A stretch of DNA of 63,838 nt, counting the filler, from Octopus bimaculoides (Eukaryota): NCBI RefSeq assembly GCF_001194135.2. It is 10 parts of 9 records of this genome, joined end to end, with 100 filler letters (N's around TTAATTAATTAA, not from the genome) between each part and the next. Parts side by side here need not be neighbours in the genome. Positions count along the whole stretch, not along the records: positions 8,549 to 12,173 come from NW_026439423.1; positions 12,274 to 23,282 come from NC_069006.1; 8 more parts are not named here. The stretch is one strand, 5' to 3'. The notes under the pieces are model-generated. The model had not been told where the DNA came from and ran no database searches. It saw nothing but the letters and a program-made list of their open reading frames with translations. The translations under genes and the position numbers were made by a program. Below are positions 10,467 through 22,605 of this stretch, in pieces (the stretch's first letter is position 1; each line of letters starts with the position of its first letter).

Positions 10467-12040
10467 TTAAAATAATTGAAAGAAACACAGAGCATCTCAA
10501 CAGAAATACGGTAACAAAAGGGTTAATCCTTTTGCTTTGACAAAAGTCCCAGGTACAAATACATATAGCCTTTTCTCAGTGACGAAAATTCACTGATCTC
10601 GAAAAAGTGTAAATGTAAACCCGGGTCCATGCGTATTTTTTTTTATTTTTTTTTTTTACATAATTTTAATCTGTCATCAAAATGTATGAGGAAATAAAGT
10701 CGATATACATGAAATATCGACCCCTTATTTCATTTTTCTTTATATTAAATTCTACTACAATCATAATGTGTACCACCTGAAAGGTATCTGTAAAAAAAAA
10801 CTTCATTCAAAAAATATGCAGTTTTTATTNNNNNNNNNNNNNNNNNNNNNNNNNNNNNNNNNNNNNNNNNNNNNNNNNNNNNNNNNNNNNNNNNNNNNNN
10901 NNNNNNNNNNNNNNNNNNNNNNNNNNNNNNNNNNNNNNNNNNNNNNNNNNNNNNNNNNNNNNNNNNNNNNNNNNNNNNNNNNNNNNNNNNNNNNNNATTT
11001 TTCCGGTTTTCTTCTTATTTTCATATTAAATTCGGATATAATTGTTATTTACATTATCTGAAAAGGTATTTATGATAAAATTTCATTAAAAATAAGAATG
11101 CATTTTTCGTCAAGATATGAGGAAACAAAGTCAATACGTGTGAATTTATCTAAAAGTCTAGGAAACAGAACCGGCGGGGACGGGGACGGGTACATTTCCG
11201 TGTTATGCTGATAAAAATAACAACATTTTTGGTATTTTTAAACAATTTTAACGATACCTGAACAAAAAAAAAAAATTCATAACACATAAAACTCGAACGG
11301 GATGGTCGCTTCTGGAACGACACCGTTTTGTGTTGTTGTTTCCCCACCCCCTTTTTTTTAAAATTATATACATACTTCGATACAGCTTATTGGGGATGAA
11401 TAATTCTTGCAATTAATATAAACGAATAATGAATTTGATTTAACTCACACAAACAACCTGTAAACCCAAAAGCAATTAAGTTCAATAACGATTTTCCTAT
11501 ATAAGGGGTGGGGGAACTTGGGTCCTTTAATGGGATTAAAACTGTATAAAGGGACAGAAAAAGACGTGTAGAGTGAAGAATTGTGTATATAAATCTCATA
11601 AAACCAACCTAAATATGAAAAGAATTAGGATTTTTTTGAGACTAATAACATTACGACCCACAAGTTCTGTTCAAATATTTGTTTTGTGGGGCTAAAACTG
11701 TGTCGAAGGACACAAAAAGGGTGTAGAATAAAGACTGGGGTGTGTAAATCTTATGAAACGATGCTAGATATTAAAGGGATTGCGATATATTGGAGACAAA
11801 CGATTGTATAAGCCCCAAGGTCCATTCAAATGTCTGGATTTCTGTGTCTCGGGGGAAGGCACAAAAAAGACGAAAATTACTGTTGATGGGGGGAAATATC
11901 AGCAATACAAACATATAAAGAGAGGAAGGGATAATTAAAGTAGCGTTTGGTGAAAGAATGGTCGAGAAATGCGATGTAGATTGTGGTTAAAATGTCGGTA
12001 AAGAGGGAAAGAGATGGACGAGTAAACAATCAGTACTTAC

Positions 12041-12063
12041 AAAGTAAAGACTGGCTCTGCCAT
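12041..12063 (-). CDS. TMEM11: TMEM11-like gene, coding exon 1 (MAEPVFT + TT)
   Basis: Minus strand reads GAC ATG GCA GAG CCA GTC TTT ACT TT|GTAAGT: strong Kozak context and a perfect donor at 12040. The 23 nt (phase 2) exactly complement the 1-nt overhang at the exon 2 acceptor, giving MAEPVFTFSGDAVMF..., 201 aa, with a 2027-nt intron. Confidence 0.75.
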
Positions 12064-12136
12064 GTCACCGTGTGACATGGGAGATAACTCCAATGGTTTC
12101 GGTTCATATAAGAGACAGTGGTGCGTGTGCGTGTGT

Positions 12137-12173
<37 letters not shown>

Positions 12174-12769
12174 NNNNNNNNNNNNNNNNNNNNNNNNNNN
12201 NNNNNNNNNNNNNNNNNTTAATTAATTAANNNNNNNNNNNNNNNNNNNNNNNNNNNNNNNNNNNNNNNNNNNNATGAGGAAGAAAGGAAAGAACACTGTG
12301 ATGTGGTACCCCAGTCCAACTCCATCCCATCCAAGACCACTCAGACCCACCCGCCATATACAGACACTAGACCCACCCACCCCGCTTTCCCCAGAAGAAA
12401 AAAACGAAAAAAGAGCAGACACCATAGAATTTAGAAGACACCCTCCCCCGGTGAAAAAGGTTACGAAAGAGTGTTGTCATTGAGCGATAGCAAGAGCGGA
12501 AATAGAAGGACTAGGCCAGAGACTAAAGAGGAATTGGGACTCAGAGGCAGCGAGTGGTGTTACTCAATGTGGGGTGAGTAGTACACTCTTCATATTTTCA
12601 TTTTCAGAAAGCATTCATGTTATCATTACCTTAATTTATTTTCCTTTGTTCATTTTCACGTCACTCATAGTATCATATTTTATTTTTACATATCTTTTAT
12701 TGCTATATGTCCCCACATGTTTTGTAGTGTCACCTCTATGTTATGCCTTTATGGCAAAAATTGAAATAA

Positions 12770-12936
12770 AGTAGCTTGCTTACCAACCACATGGTTTTGG
12801 GTTCAGTCCCACTGAGTGGCACCTTGGGCAAGTGTCTTCTACTATAACCTTGGGCCGACTAGAGCCTTGTGAGTGGATCTAGTAGACGGAAACTGAAAGA
12901 AGCCCGTCGTATATATATATATATATATATATATAA

Positions 12937-12968
<32 letters not shown>

Positions 12969-13205
12969 CTGTGTCTGTGTGCGCGCGTGTGTGTATATGT
13001 TTGTATGTCTGTGTTTGTCCCCCCAACAACGCTTGACAATCGATGCTGGTGTGTTTACGTCCCCGTAACTTAGCATTTCGGCAAGAGAGACCAATAGAAT
13101 AAGTACTAGGTTTACAAAGAATAAGTCCTGGGGTAGATTTGCTGCATTAAAGGCGGTGCTCCAGCATGGCCGCAGTCAAATGACTGAAACAAGTAAAAAA
13201 ATAAA
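12770..13205 (+). mobile_element. SINE family A, near full length
   Basis: Head, (TA)n(TG)n core and tail ending GACTGAAACAAGTAAAA. Confidence 0.85.
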
Positions 13206-13214
13206 AGAATATAC

Positions 13215-15155
13215 AATTTAGATATTATATTCGAAAATGTCACTAAATGTGTTAACATATTGGACGTAAGATTAAATCTAGATATCGGTTTATTCCATCC
13301 CTATTATAAGCCTAACGAAACTATTAAGTTATCCACACCTTAGCAAATCATCCCCAAAGTGTTATTAAGGGGATAATCAAAGGTGTTTTGATAAGAATAT
13401 CTATTGAGTTGTCCGGAAAGTTCGTGCCGATTTTTAAAGGAAAGAAAAAGGTCAATAAATACTAGCCATTACATTTTTAATCAACCAAATATGAACCATT
13501 TTGTTGCACAATGCGTCTCCATCTTTCCTTTAACTTGAAAATACTTTCTTCCCAGACTTGAGGTGATTTCACGGCAAATAAGTTGAAAGGTAAGCTACTA
13601 TAAATCGGCACGAACTTTCCGGACATCCCAATAATTTATCCGCAAACGAAAAGATCTTCGATGATTTTGCACCCCTTTGTAATTCAGTATTAAAAGACAA
13701 TGGATTCAAGAGAAAAATATGTTATATTAAGAACACAATATTTAAAAAACAAGTTAGCCAAACGGTTTCCAAATATTGCGAATTCAAACATCGACACACC
13801 TCCCATGAACAACCCCACCGAATATAGAAACCAGCAGCACTTTAGAAGACACTGTAACTTATTCAATTATAACAATATCTATACTAGGCAAAATAAGAAC
13901 AACTCAGGGAGGAGACGGGAAATTATATGGTTCATACCCCGCTTTACCCGCCAGGTCAGAAACGTCCCTAAATTATTTTTTTAGCATTATCGATAGGAAC
14001 TTCCCACTAGGTCATAAATATCATTCTATATTTATCAGATCCTGCCTTAAATTATCTTACTCAACCACACCCAATCTAGGATCTGTAATCGCAGCCAACA
14101 ATAGACTTAAACTTAGAAATAACGACACTAATAGAGATGATAATTTAGCTGAGCTTAATATGAAGAATAATAAGAACCTTGATATTAAAAATAGAAAGGC
14201 TAAACCTGAAAAAAAACAAAACAAATAAAATATGTAGTTCTCGTAATAGGGAGATTTGTCTCCTAAAAGGTTTCTTTTTAAGGAGAAATGTCGTATATAA
14301 AGTTGAAATTTCAACCCGTAATGAACCTAAAATGATTTACATAGGAAGTACGACTGATTTTAAATTAGATATAGGGCGCATACAAACTCGTTTACTAACC
14401 ATGAAAGTAAAAATTCAACCACACTAGCTACCTACATTAATAAATTAAAAATGCACAATAGAGAATTTGGTCTAGATTGGTTTACAATAACGGAAACCAC
14501 ACCATATAATACGCACACTAAAAATTGCAATTTATGCACGGAGGAGGCGATCAACAAACTCCGTGCCAACAAAAATGGCTTACTTAATAAGATATCTGTA
14601 GAATTAAACATCTTTCAACTTTTAAATTCTTCTCCCAAAATAGTTAGCGTATAGGATCCTAATCTAGCCACCCCTTCATATAATGGACTCTTCTTAAAAT
14701 ACTATTATATATAATTTGTACTTACCAAGGATTCCTTTTTTGATACTAATTTTCTTATCTGCCCCTCTTCATTGATTCTAATACGGACCTTCAAACTTGG
14801 CAAGTACATGTATTTATATTTATGTGTTTATATATTTACAAATTTTTATATGTTTATACATTTTTATATGTTTATAAATTTTTATATACTTATGAATTTT
14901 TATTTATTTATAAATCTTCGTACGTATATGTGTTTATGAATTCTTAAGAATTTTTTATCATGTCTCCTATATGTAAACGCATCTATGTATATTGTATACT
15001 TTGAAGAATTTCGATAATTTGATATGGATTGAATGAATATGAATACCGACCTTTGAAATATGCTTCTCTCGTTCTTAATTTTATATCTCTGGAGCTTCAT
15101 TAGAGCGCTAATTAGTTGAGCTGTATAAAGTAGATAACTATACCATTTTTTCCTT

Positions 15156-15160
<5 letters not shown>
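13215..15160 (+). mobile_element. Penelope-like element, degenerate (RT C-terminus, GIY-YIG endonuclease, 3' terminal region)
   Basis: Across frameshifts the sequence gives ILDVRLNL...PYYKPNETIK...NHPQSVIKG, then (after removing the MITE) RISNLSANEKIFDDFAPLCN, RREIIWFIP, NVVYKVEI...IYIGST and CNLCTEEA...GLLNK. These are typical PLE motifs. Confidence 0.85.
13404..13631 (-). mobile_element. Mariner-derived MITE (228 bp) with 30-bp TIRs and TA target-site duplication
   Basis: TA|TTGAGTTGTCCGGAAAGTTCGTGCCGATTT ... AAATCGGCACGAACTTTCCGGACATCCCAA|TA, with 2 mismatches. The interior encodes a mariner C-terminus, WEESIFKLKERWRRIVQQNGSYLVD*, on the minus strand. Confidence 0.92.
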
Positions 15161-15205
<45 letters not shown>

Positions 15206-15466
15206 ATGATGATTCTTATTCAAAACCGTATATTTACAAATTGCTACTCCGAGTTTTGCCTTACCATTTTCTACCTAAATGTATTGAGTACTACTTCATT
15301 CAGTGGCATACACTATCCTGCAGCTGACCAGTTTCTGCTTAAATATATGCACGTGCGTTTGAATAGCATTCGCTATCGATTGGCGATTGTAGCACCGTAT
15401 GAAAGAAAGAGAGGGAGAAAATGGGGTAGGATGCAAGAGAGAGAAAAAAAAAGCGGGAGAGAGAGA

Positions 15467-15508
<42 letters not shown>

Positions 15509-16079
15509 GATATGACGATGTGGTGTTAGAACAGTGTGAAAGCAGCAAGCATAGGTAGAGAAAGTGTCTTAACGTTATCTTCTGCCGATAATTATGGCTT
15601 TTATCGATGTGAAGGCACGTTCGTTCATCGTTTGGAGCGAACTGGAACGTTTTGGTAATTCTAACTCTCAGAAACATGTTAGCACCGTAATATCTATGGC
15701 TTGTTTTCTGTATGGAATCTTCACCAGTGGGATTATTTCGGAGATATCTGGCGATGTTTGTGTTCTAAAGTTGATCGTTCGCTCAATTCTCACCAAACCC
15801 ATGGAAAGAACGTGGCTTAGTCGTTAGAGCATTCACCCTACGATCATCAGGTTGTGAGTTCAATTCTTGGCGGCGTGTTGTGTCCTTATTTCACTTTGCT
15901 CCACTCCACTCAGCTGGCAAAAATGAGTGGCTGTGTGACATGAAGCTTGCTTCCCAGCCATATGGTTCCGGGTTCAGTCCCACTGCGTGACACCTTGCGC
16001 AAGTGCCTTCTGCTATACCCTCAGGCTGACCAAAGCCTTGTGAGGGTATTTGGTAGATGGAAACTGAAAGAAGCCCATC

Positions 16080-16115
<36 letters not shown>

Positions 16116-16296
16116 NNNNNNNNNNNNNNNNNNNNNNNNNNNNNNNNNNNNNNNNNNNNNNNNNNNNNNNNNNNNNNNNNNNNNNNNNNNNNNNNNNNNN
16201 NNNNNNNNNNNNNNNNNNNNNNNNNNNNNNNNNNNNNNNNNNNNNNNNNNNNNNNNNNNNNNNNNNNNNNNNNNNNNNNNNNNNNNNNNNNNNNNN

Positions 16297-16351
<55 letters not shown>

Positions 16352-17541
16352 ACACACACATATACACGACTGGCTTCTTTCAGTTTCCGTCTATCAAATC
16401 TGTTCACAAGACTTTGGCCTGCTCGAAAATGTAACACAAGACACTTGTACTACGCAGTGGGACTGAACCCGCAACTATGTGGCTGGGAAGCAAACTTCTT
16501 ACCACACAACTACGCCTGTGTATTCCATGTTCAAATCCTGCCGAAGTTCGACTTGGATTGTCATCTCCTTGTGACAGATAAAATAAGTGGCAGATATGTA
16601 CCTGACAGTATTTAGTGACGGCCATTCATGCTCCGAGTTCAAATCCCACTAGGGGCATCGATTTGGCTTTTCAGCTCCAGCGATCGATAAAATATATGCC
16701 AGATATATATATTGAAGATCGATAGAATTAACCATACCGACCATTTATAAATTTCTGGCCAGTTGCCAAACTTAATCGATATTCTTATTATTATAATGAT
16801 ATTCGTGTAAGGATATCGAAATATGTAACTTAAACCCTTCCTCCCTGCCTCCCTCTCCTTCCTCCCTGCCTCCCTCTCTGAATAACTCGTACCTCACACT
16901 GCCTCTCACAGCAACCACCTCTCTGATGGAATTAAAGACACACACACACACACAACGTGTATGTGATGTAGCTGTGTGATAAGAAGCTTGTTTCCCAGCC
17001 ACATGATTCCGGGTTCAGTCCCATCGCGTGGCACCTTGGGCAGTGCCTTCTCCAATAGCTTCAGGCCGAATGTAGCAGATGGAAACTGAATGAAGCCCGT
17101 CTCGTGTGTGTGCGTGCGTTTCTGTTTGTCCCCCACCGCCGCTTGATAACTGGTGTTGGCTTGTTTACATCCCTGAGGCTTAGCGATTCTGCTAAAAGAG
17201 ACCGTTAGTATAACTACCCAGTTTTAAAGAAATAGTACAGGGGTGGGGTTTGATTTGTCCGACTAAACCCTCTCAGGTGGTGCTCCAGCATGGCTGCAGT
17301 CACATGACTAAAACAAGTAAAGCATAAAAGATGTATATGACATAAATAAAAAAGACAACTCCCCTGGGGTGGAGGTAGGGTGTTTCTCTTAGTTGTACCA
17401 TTTTTAAGTTTTTTTTTTTTCGATCTGAGTTCGGATCCTGTCAGGGCTACACATTATCTTTTATCCTCCCAGGTCGTTTAAAGATGTTTGATTCAGTAGA
17501 CAGCGTTTACACAGGACCTTGTGTACATAAGACCTTATATA

Positions 17542-18684
17542 CAGGGGTTGGACAAAATAATGGAAACACCTTAAAATTTCAAACAAATTTATTTTAATAT
17601 GGAGTAGGACTTCCTTTGGCAGTAATTACAGCTGGAATTCTACGATGTATGGACTCGTAAAAAGTTTGAATTGTTTCCAAAGGAATTTTTGTCCATTCTT
17701 CAGCTAAAACAGTCTCCGATTCTTGTAGTGATGATGGTGGAGGATATTGATTCCTTACTTGTTTTTCTAAAATGCACCATAAATGTTCAATAATATTGAG
17801 ATCTGGGGACTGTGGTGGCCAGATAAGATGTTCAACTTCACTAGAATGTTCCCCGTGCCATTCAGTAACGACTTTAGCTGTGTGAATTGGTGCATTATCA
17901 TCCTGAAAGATTGCATTTTCTTCCGGAAACAGTTCTTCAACCATAGGATGAATTTGATCATATNNNNNNNNNNNNNNNNNNNNNNNNNNNNNNNNNNNNN
18001 NNNNNNNNNNNNNNNNNNNNNNNNNNNNNNNNNNNNNNNNNNNNNNNNNNNNNNNNNNNNNNNNNNNNNNNNNNNNNNNNNNNNNNNNNNNNNNNNNNNN
18101 NNNNNNNNNNNNNNNNNNNNNNNNNNNNNNNNNNNNNNNNNNNNNNNNNNNNNNNNTAGGTTTTTACTCCACTCTAAACGCTTTGCAACGTTTGTTTTTG
18201 AAAGTAGTGAAATCCGGCTTTATGCAGCTCCCATCGAACAGTTTTTGTTAAAACTGGGTTCTCGAGGAGGTCATTAAGCTCTGCAGTAATTTTGGGAGCT
18301 GTACTTTTGTGATCCTTTCTAACAATTTGCGTAAGAGTCCGACGGTCCCTATCTGAAAGTTTTGGTTTTCTTCCGGAGTTTTGTTTCGTCGAGGTTTTTC
18401 CTTCTTTCTCAAAGGCTGTCGAGACAATACTTTCGAGACAGTACTTCTTGATACACCAAATATTTCGGCTGTTTTCGTTACGCTAGCATCTGCCATACGA
18501 GCACCTTAATTATTTCTTTCTGACGACATTTTTAAAGAAACAGCAATTTTAGCAAAACATATTAAGCAACACTAAAAAATAAATAAGAAAACATAATAAT
18601 AAACAAGCTTTTGACGGTTTTATAGATATTTCAGAATTATAATGCTATGATGCTAGATGCTTCCATTATTTTGTCCAACCCCTG
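17542..18684 (-). mobile_element. Tc1-family DD34E transposon, defective, with a gap inside
   Basis: Perfect 24-bp TIRs CAGGGGTTGGACAAAATAATGGAA flanked by TA. ORF 17594-17944 has FQDDNAPIH...WPPQSPDLNIIEHLW, and 18248-18496 has the N-terminal HTH (TAEIFGVSRSTVSKV). Confidence 0.95.
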
Positions 18685-20435
18685 TATATAAAACTGTGTG
18701 ACAAGGCAAGCCACCTTTTGGTTTGGGTGTTGTGCAACTAACCCTGGTAGAAGCTTTTTTCATTTGCTAAGAACCAGATCGTCCCCAGCTCAACAGGATA
18801 GAATACCTCGCTTTGTTCAGGAGCTTCTTTGCCTCGTCGAGCAACTCCAAGGTTTTCCTTGGCCATGGCTGTCAGAATATGTCCTTTGCACTTCTTCAAT
18901 GAGCAACAGCAACAAAGCAGAAAAACAAGAACACACACACATACAAACACAGAACGTCGGCTTATAAAAGAAAAACAACAATGAATTGATAGACAACAAA
19001 ATGATACACAAACTAGCATAGGTCTGGGAATCGAACGCATGATCTCGCGTGCAACACCCTGACTATATATATGGACTTATTCTTTGTAAGCCTAGTACTT
19101 ATTCTATCGGTCTCTTTTGCCGAACCACTAAGTTACAGGGAGGTAAACACACCAGAAAACGAAGTTGGGGGGGGGGGACAAGCAGACACACAAACATATA
19201 TATATATATATACATATATACGACGGGCTTCTTTCAGTTTCCGTCTACCAAATCAACTCACAAGGCTTTGGTCGGCCCAAAGGGACTGAACCCAGAACAT
19301 GTGGTTGGTAAGCAAGCTACTTACCACACAGCCACACCTGTGNNNNNNNNNNNNNNNNNNNNNNNNNNNNNNNNNNNNNNNNNNNNNNNNNNNNNNNNNN
19401 NNNNNNNNNNNNNNNNNNNNNNNNNNNNNNNNNNNNNNNNNNNNNNNNNNNNNNNNNNNNNNNNNNNNNNNNNNNNNNNNNNNNNNNNNNNNNNNNNNNN
19501 NNNNNNNNNNNNNNNNNNNNNNNNNNNNNNNNNNNNNNNNNNNNNNNNNNNNNNNNNNNNNNNNNNNNNNNNNNNNNNNNNNNNNNNNNNNNNNNNNNNN
19601 NNNNNNNNNNNNNNNNNNNNNNNNNNNNNNNNNNNNNNNNNNNNNNNNNNNNNNNNNNNNNNNNNNNNNNNNNNNNNNNNNNNNNNNNNNNNNNNNNNNN
19701 NNNNNNNNNNNNNNNNNNNNNNNNNNNNNNNNNNNNNNNNNNNNNNNNNNNNNNNNNNNNNNNNNNNNNNNNNNNNNNNNNNNNNNNNNNNNNNNNNNNN
19801 NNNNNNNNNNNNNNNNNNNNNNNNNNNNNNNNNNNNNNNNNNNNNNNNNNNNNNNNNNNNNNNNNNNNNNNNNNNNNNNNNNNNNNNNNNNNNNNNNNNN
19901 NNNNNNNNNNNNNNNNNNNNNNNNNNNNNNNNNNNNNNNNNNNNNNNNNNNNNNNNNNNNNNNNNNNNNNNNNNNNNNNNNNNNNNNNNNNNNNNNNNNN
20001 NNNNNNNNNNNNNNNNNNNNNNNNNNNNNNNNNNNNNNNNNNNNNNNNNNNNNNNNNNNNNNNNNNNNNNNNNNNNNNNNNNNNNNNNNNNNNNNNNNNN
20101 NNNNNNNNNNNNNNNNNNNNNNNNNNNNNNNNNNTTTTAATCCTATTAACTTTGTATTGGTTAAATATTACCTATAGAAACTGTTTATAAATTATATGCA
20201 CACCCCCACCACACCTGAAAAAAAAACAGTTATTGGAATCTTTATTCATATATATATTTTGTATTAATTTTTTTTTATAAAACAAAGCTTATATTAAGAA
20301 AAGCACTTTCAATGTCAAAAAAATGTAAATTCTTAATGACTATTATGCTATGCAATAAAAAAAATTATTTACGAACCTCAAACGAAATACATGAACAGTG
20401 AAAACCATAAAATAAGCATTAATAGTATTTACTAT

Positions 20436-22605
20436 TTAATTAAATGACCATTGTCTTTTCAAGTCAAAGTGAGGTAAGTTTTGTCTTGATTTCTGTACAT
20501 TTAATATGAATTTGTACCTATTTTCGTCGCCTGTTCTGACTTCAGAAGCTTTTGTCACTAAACTAACACTAAATTGAAAGCATGCTCGACTCTTTGGCTA
20601 TGGCAAGAAAGAGGTATTGCTGTTAATGGTCCTGAACGAGTTTTATGATGATCAGCATTTGTAAAGTTCCGTAAAACTGGAGGGGATGTTATAACTTCAT
20701 TTTCCCGATTATAAAAATCAACATAATCCTGTGCTTTAAAATTAATTTTGCTTTGCAGTTTGAAATTTCTTAATTCTTACCGGAGCATTCGGGTAAAAGT
20801 TCTTGCTTCAATAATTCGTTGAATTGTTACTTCCTTCCATCATTCAGCAGAGTCAGTAAAATATTCTCGGGATGGGGGAGGGGAGAATACGAATTAGTTT
20901 TTAACGATTTTTCCATAACTTCTTTATGATCTTGGTTCATATCTTGCATTAGATGTGCCATATACCAAAAATTACTTGCTCATTCATGTAACTTTGGATG
21001 AGATTTAATCCAGAACCAGCTTGGAGCATAAACTTGCGTTATGATTTTAACAAGGTCCATAATATTCTTTTGGGGATCTTTTTCCGAAACATAAGCGAAG
21101 AATTCTGTTTGCTGGTGTTAACCACCTTGCATGATGGATTTTACCATGATGGATCTTGCTGTTAACTGCTCAGAAACAAAGCGTCTCAATACCGAGGCAC
21201 ATTTCATACAGATATTTTTGATCTGAGCTTAAAGTATCAACAACTTCTAATGGCAATTCTTTCACTTCAGTTTTTACTGGAAAAAAATTGATTATCTTTA
21301 AGCTTGTTACATCTTCTTTAATTTTATTGCCAATTAAGCTTTTTGGTGTTCGTGGTCCTGTTGTTTTGCCATTTATGAATTCAAATACGTGTTGAAACGG
21401 AAGCTCATTTGTATGTAGGAGGCATATCAGCCACTGAAGTGGTTTATAATTCAATTATTTTAATTACCCCTCCTAAATTACTAATGTTTACTAGAGTGCC
21501 ATCGCATAACACAGCCTTTGAACTTTCTTGACGATCAGAATCAATTAAAAAAGTAATAATTTCTTCTGCAATGCAACGAGCTGTTCCATTATCTGGAGAA
21601 ACGTGATCTAAATACTCATCACCAGGCTCTTTCACAGCAACATAGCGTTCTTCACTTTCCATCCCTTTTTCTGTTTTAGTTTCATGCTTTCTGTCATCAA
21701 AACCGATGCAGTCGGGCTTTGTATTTTCTGTTTTAATTTTTATTATATCGTCCCCCCCCCCCCAGTTATTTTTCTTTCTCGTTCAACCTTTTTCTTATCT
21801 AGCGTATTTGTATCATTTGAAATTCCCATATCTCTCAAAGCTGCATTAACAATGGCAGCAGCAGCAGCAGCAGCTCAGCAACTTACCCGATCTCTGTCTG
21901 CTGTGATGGCAAGATTCTCATAGGTAAATCTATTTTGTTGGTTTTCTCTCGGTTCATTGTCAGGAACAAAGTCGATGTCACTGTCATCATTGTCACGCGA
22001 GTCACCACTATCTTCATTAATATCACTTGGACACTGATAACTAGTTGAAGCAACGTCCATGTCTAAGCGCATCTTGCCTCCCTATTTTCAAATCTTTGCG
22101 CCCTTTCTGCAGTTCTTTTTCCACCTGAAGTTATTTCTCCATCTACAGCTCCCAACTGATTCGGTCTTTTTATCTCCCCAACAAATGATTCCCATTCCAT
22201 TATTGATATTCTTATATCACACCTACAGTCAAATATCTTTATCTGTTTGCATATATCAAACATTTCATTGAACTCCTCAAATTTCTTATGAAAACTACCT
22301 CCTCTTTGCTTGATCGGTATTTTGTTTAATTTATAAGCAGATTCAATCAATCTCTCAATTTTTAGAGCTATTCCCTCAAACCCAATATAAGGAAAAGAAA
22401 ATTTCTCCCATATTGTTTGCACATCTGCAGCAACAATCCGGTAGCATTCTTTTGTTGTGAATGAAGTTTTTGATATCTGTTCTTCACGTTTTCTTGTGTA
22501 TAAATAATGTCGGAATACATCAGCCTTTTAATTGGGGGTCATTGTTGTAGGAAGTTCCGCAGGAAATCCAAATGCTGAATTATGGCTTTTACTTCGAGTT
22601 GCCAT
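20436..22605 (-). pseudogene. Decayed hAT-superfamily transposase, probably hATm-like
   Basis: Fragments in order: MATRSKSH...FGFPAELPT, QTIWEKFSFP, NLAITADRDRVS, KEPGDEYLDH...CDGTLVN, LQWLICLLHTNELP (CxxH after the second Asp), LSSDQKYLY, and LVTKASEV...* (stop 20438-20436). There are many stops and frameshifts. A 12-bp inverted repeat containing TAGGGT lies at 22991-23002/23049-23060. The subgroup call is from memory. Confidence 0.7.

Noticed and set aside
15935-16520. Inverted SINE heads flanking a (TA)n-gap-(CA)n
   Set aside because: Orientation across the gap is unverified and the two halves may be mis-scaffolded.
19049-20140. Long ORFs of 200-360 aa dominated by X (also 24563-25433, 27672-28316, 31397-32185, 33362-34267, 43215-44304, 49086-49838)
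   Set aside because: They are open only because N-runs contain no stops.
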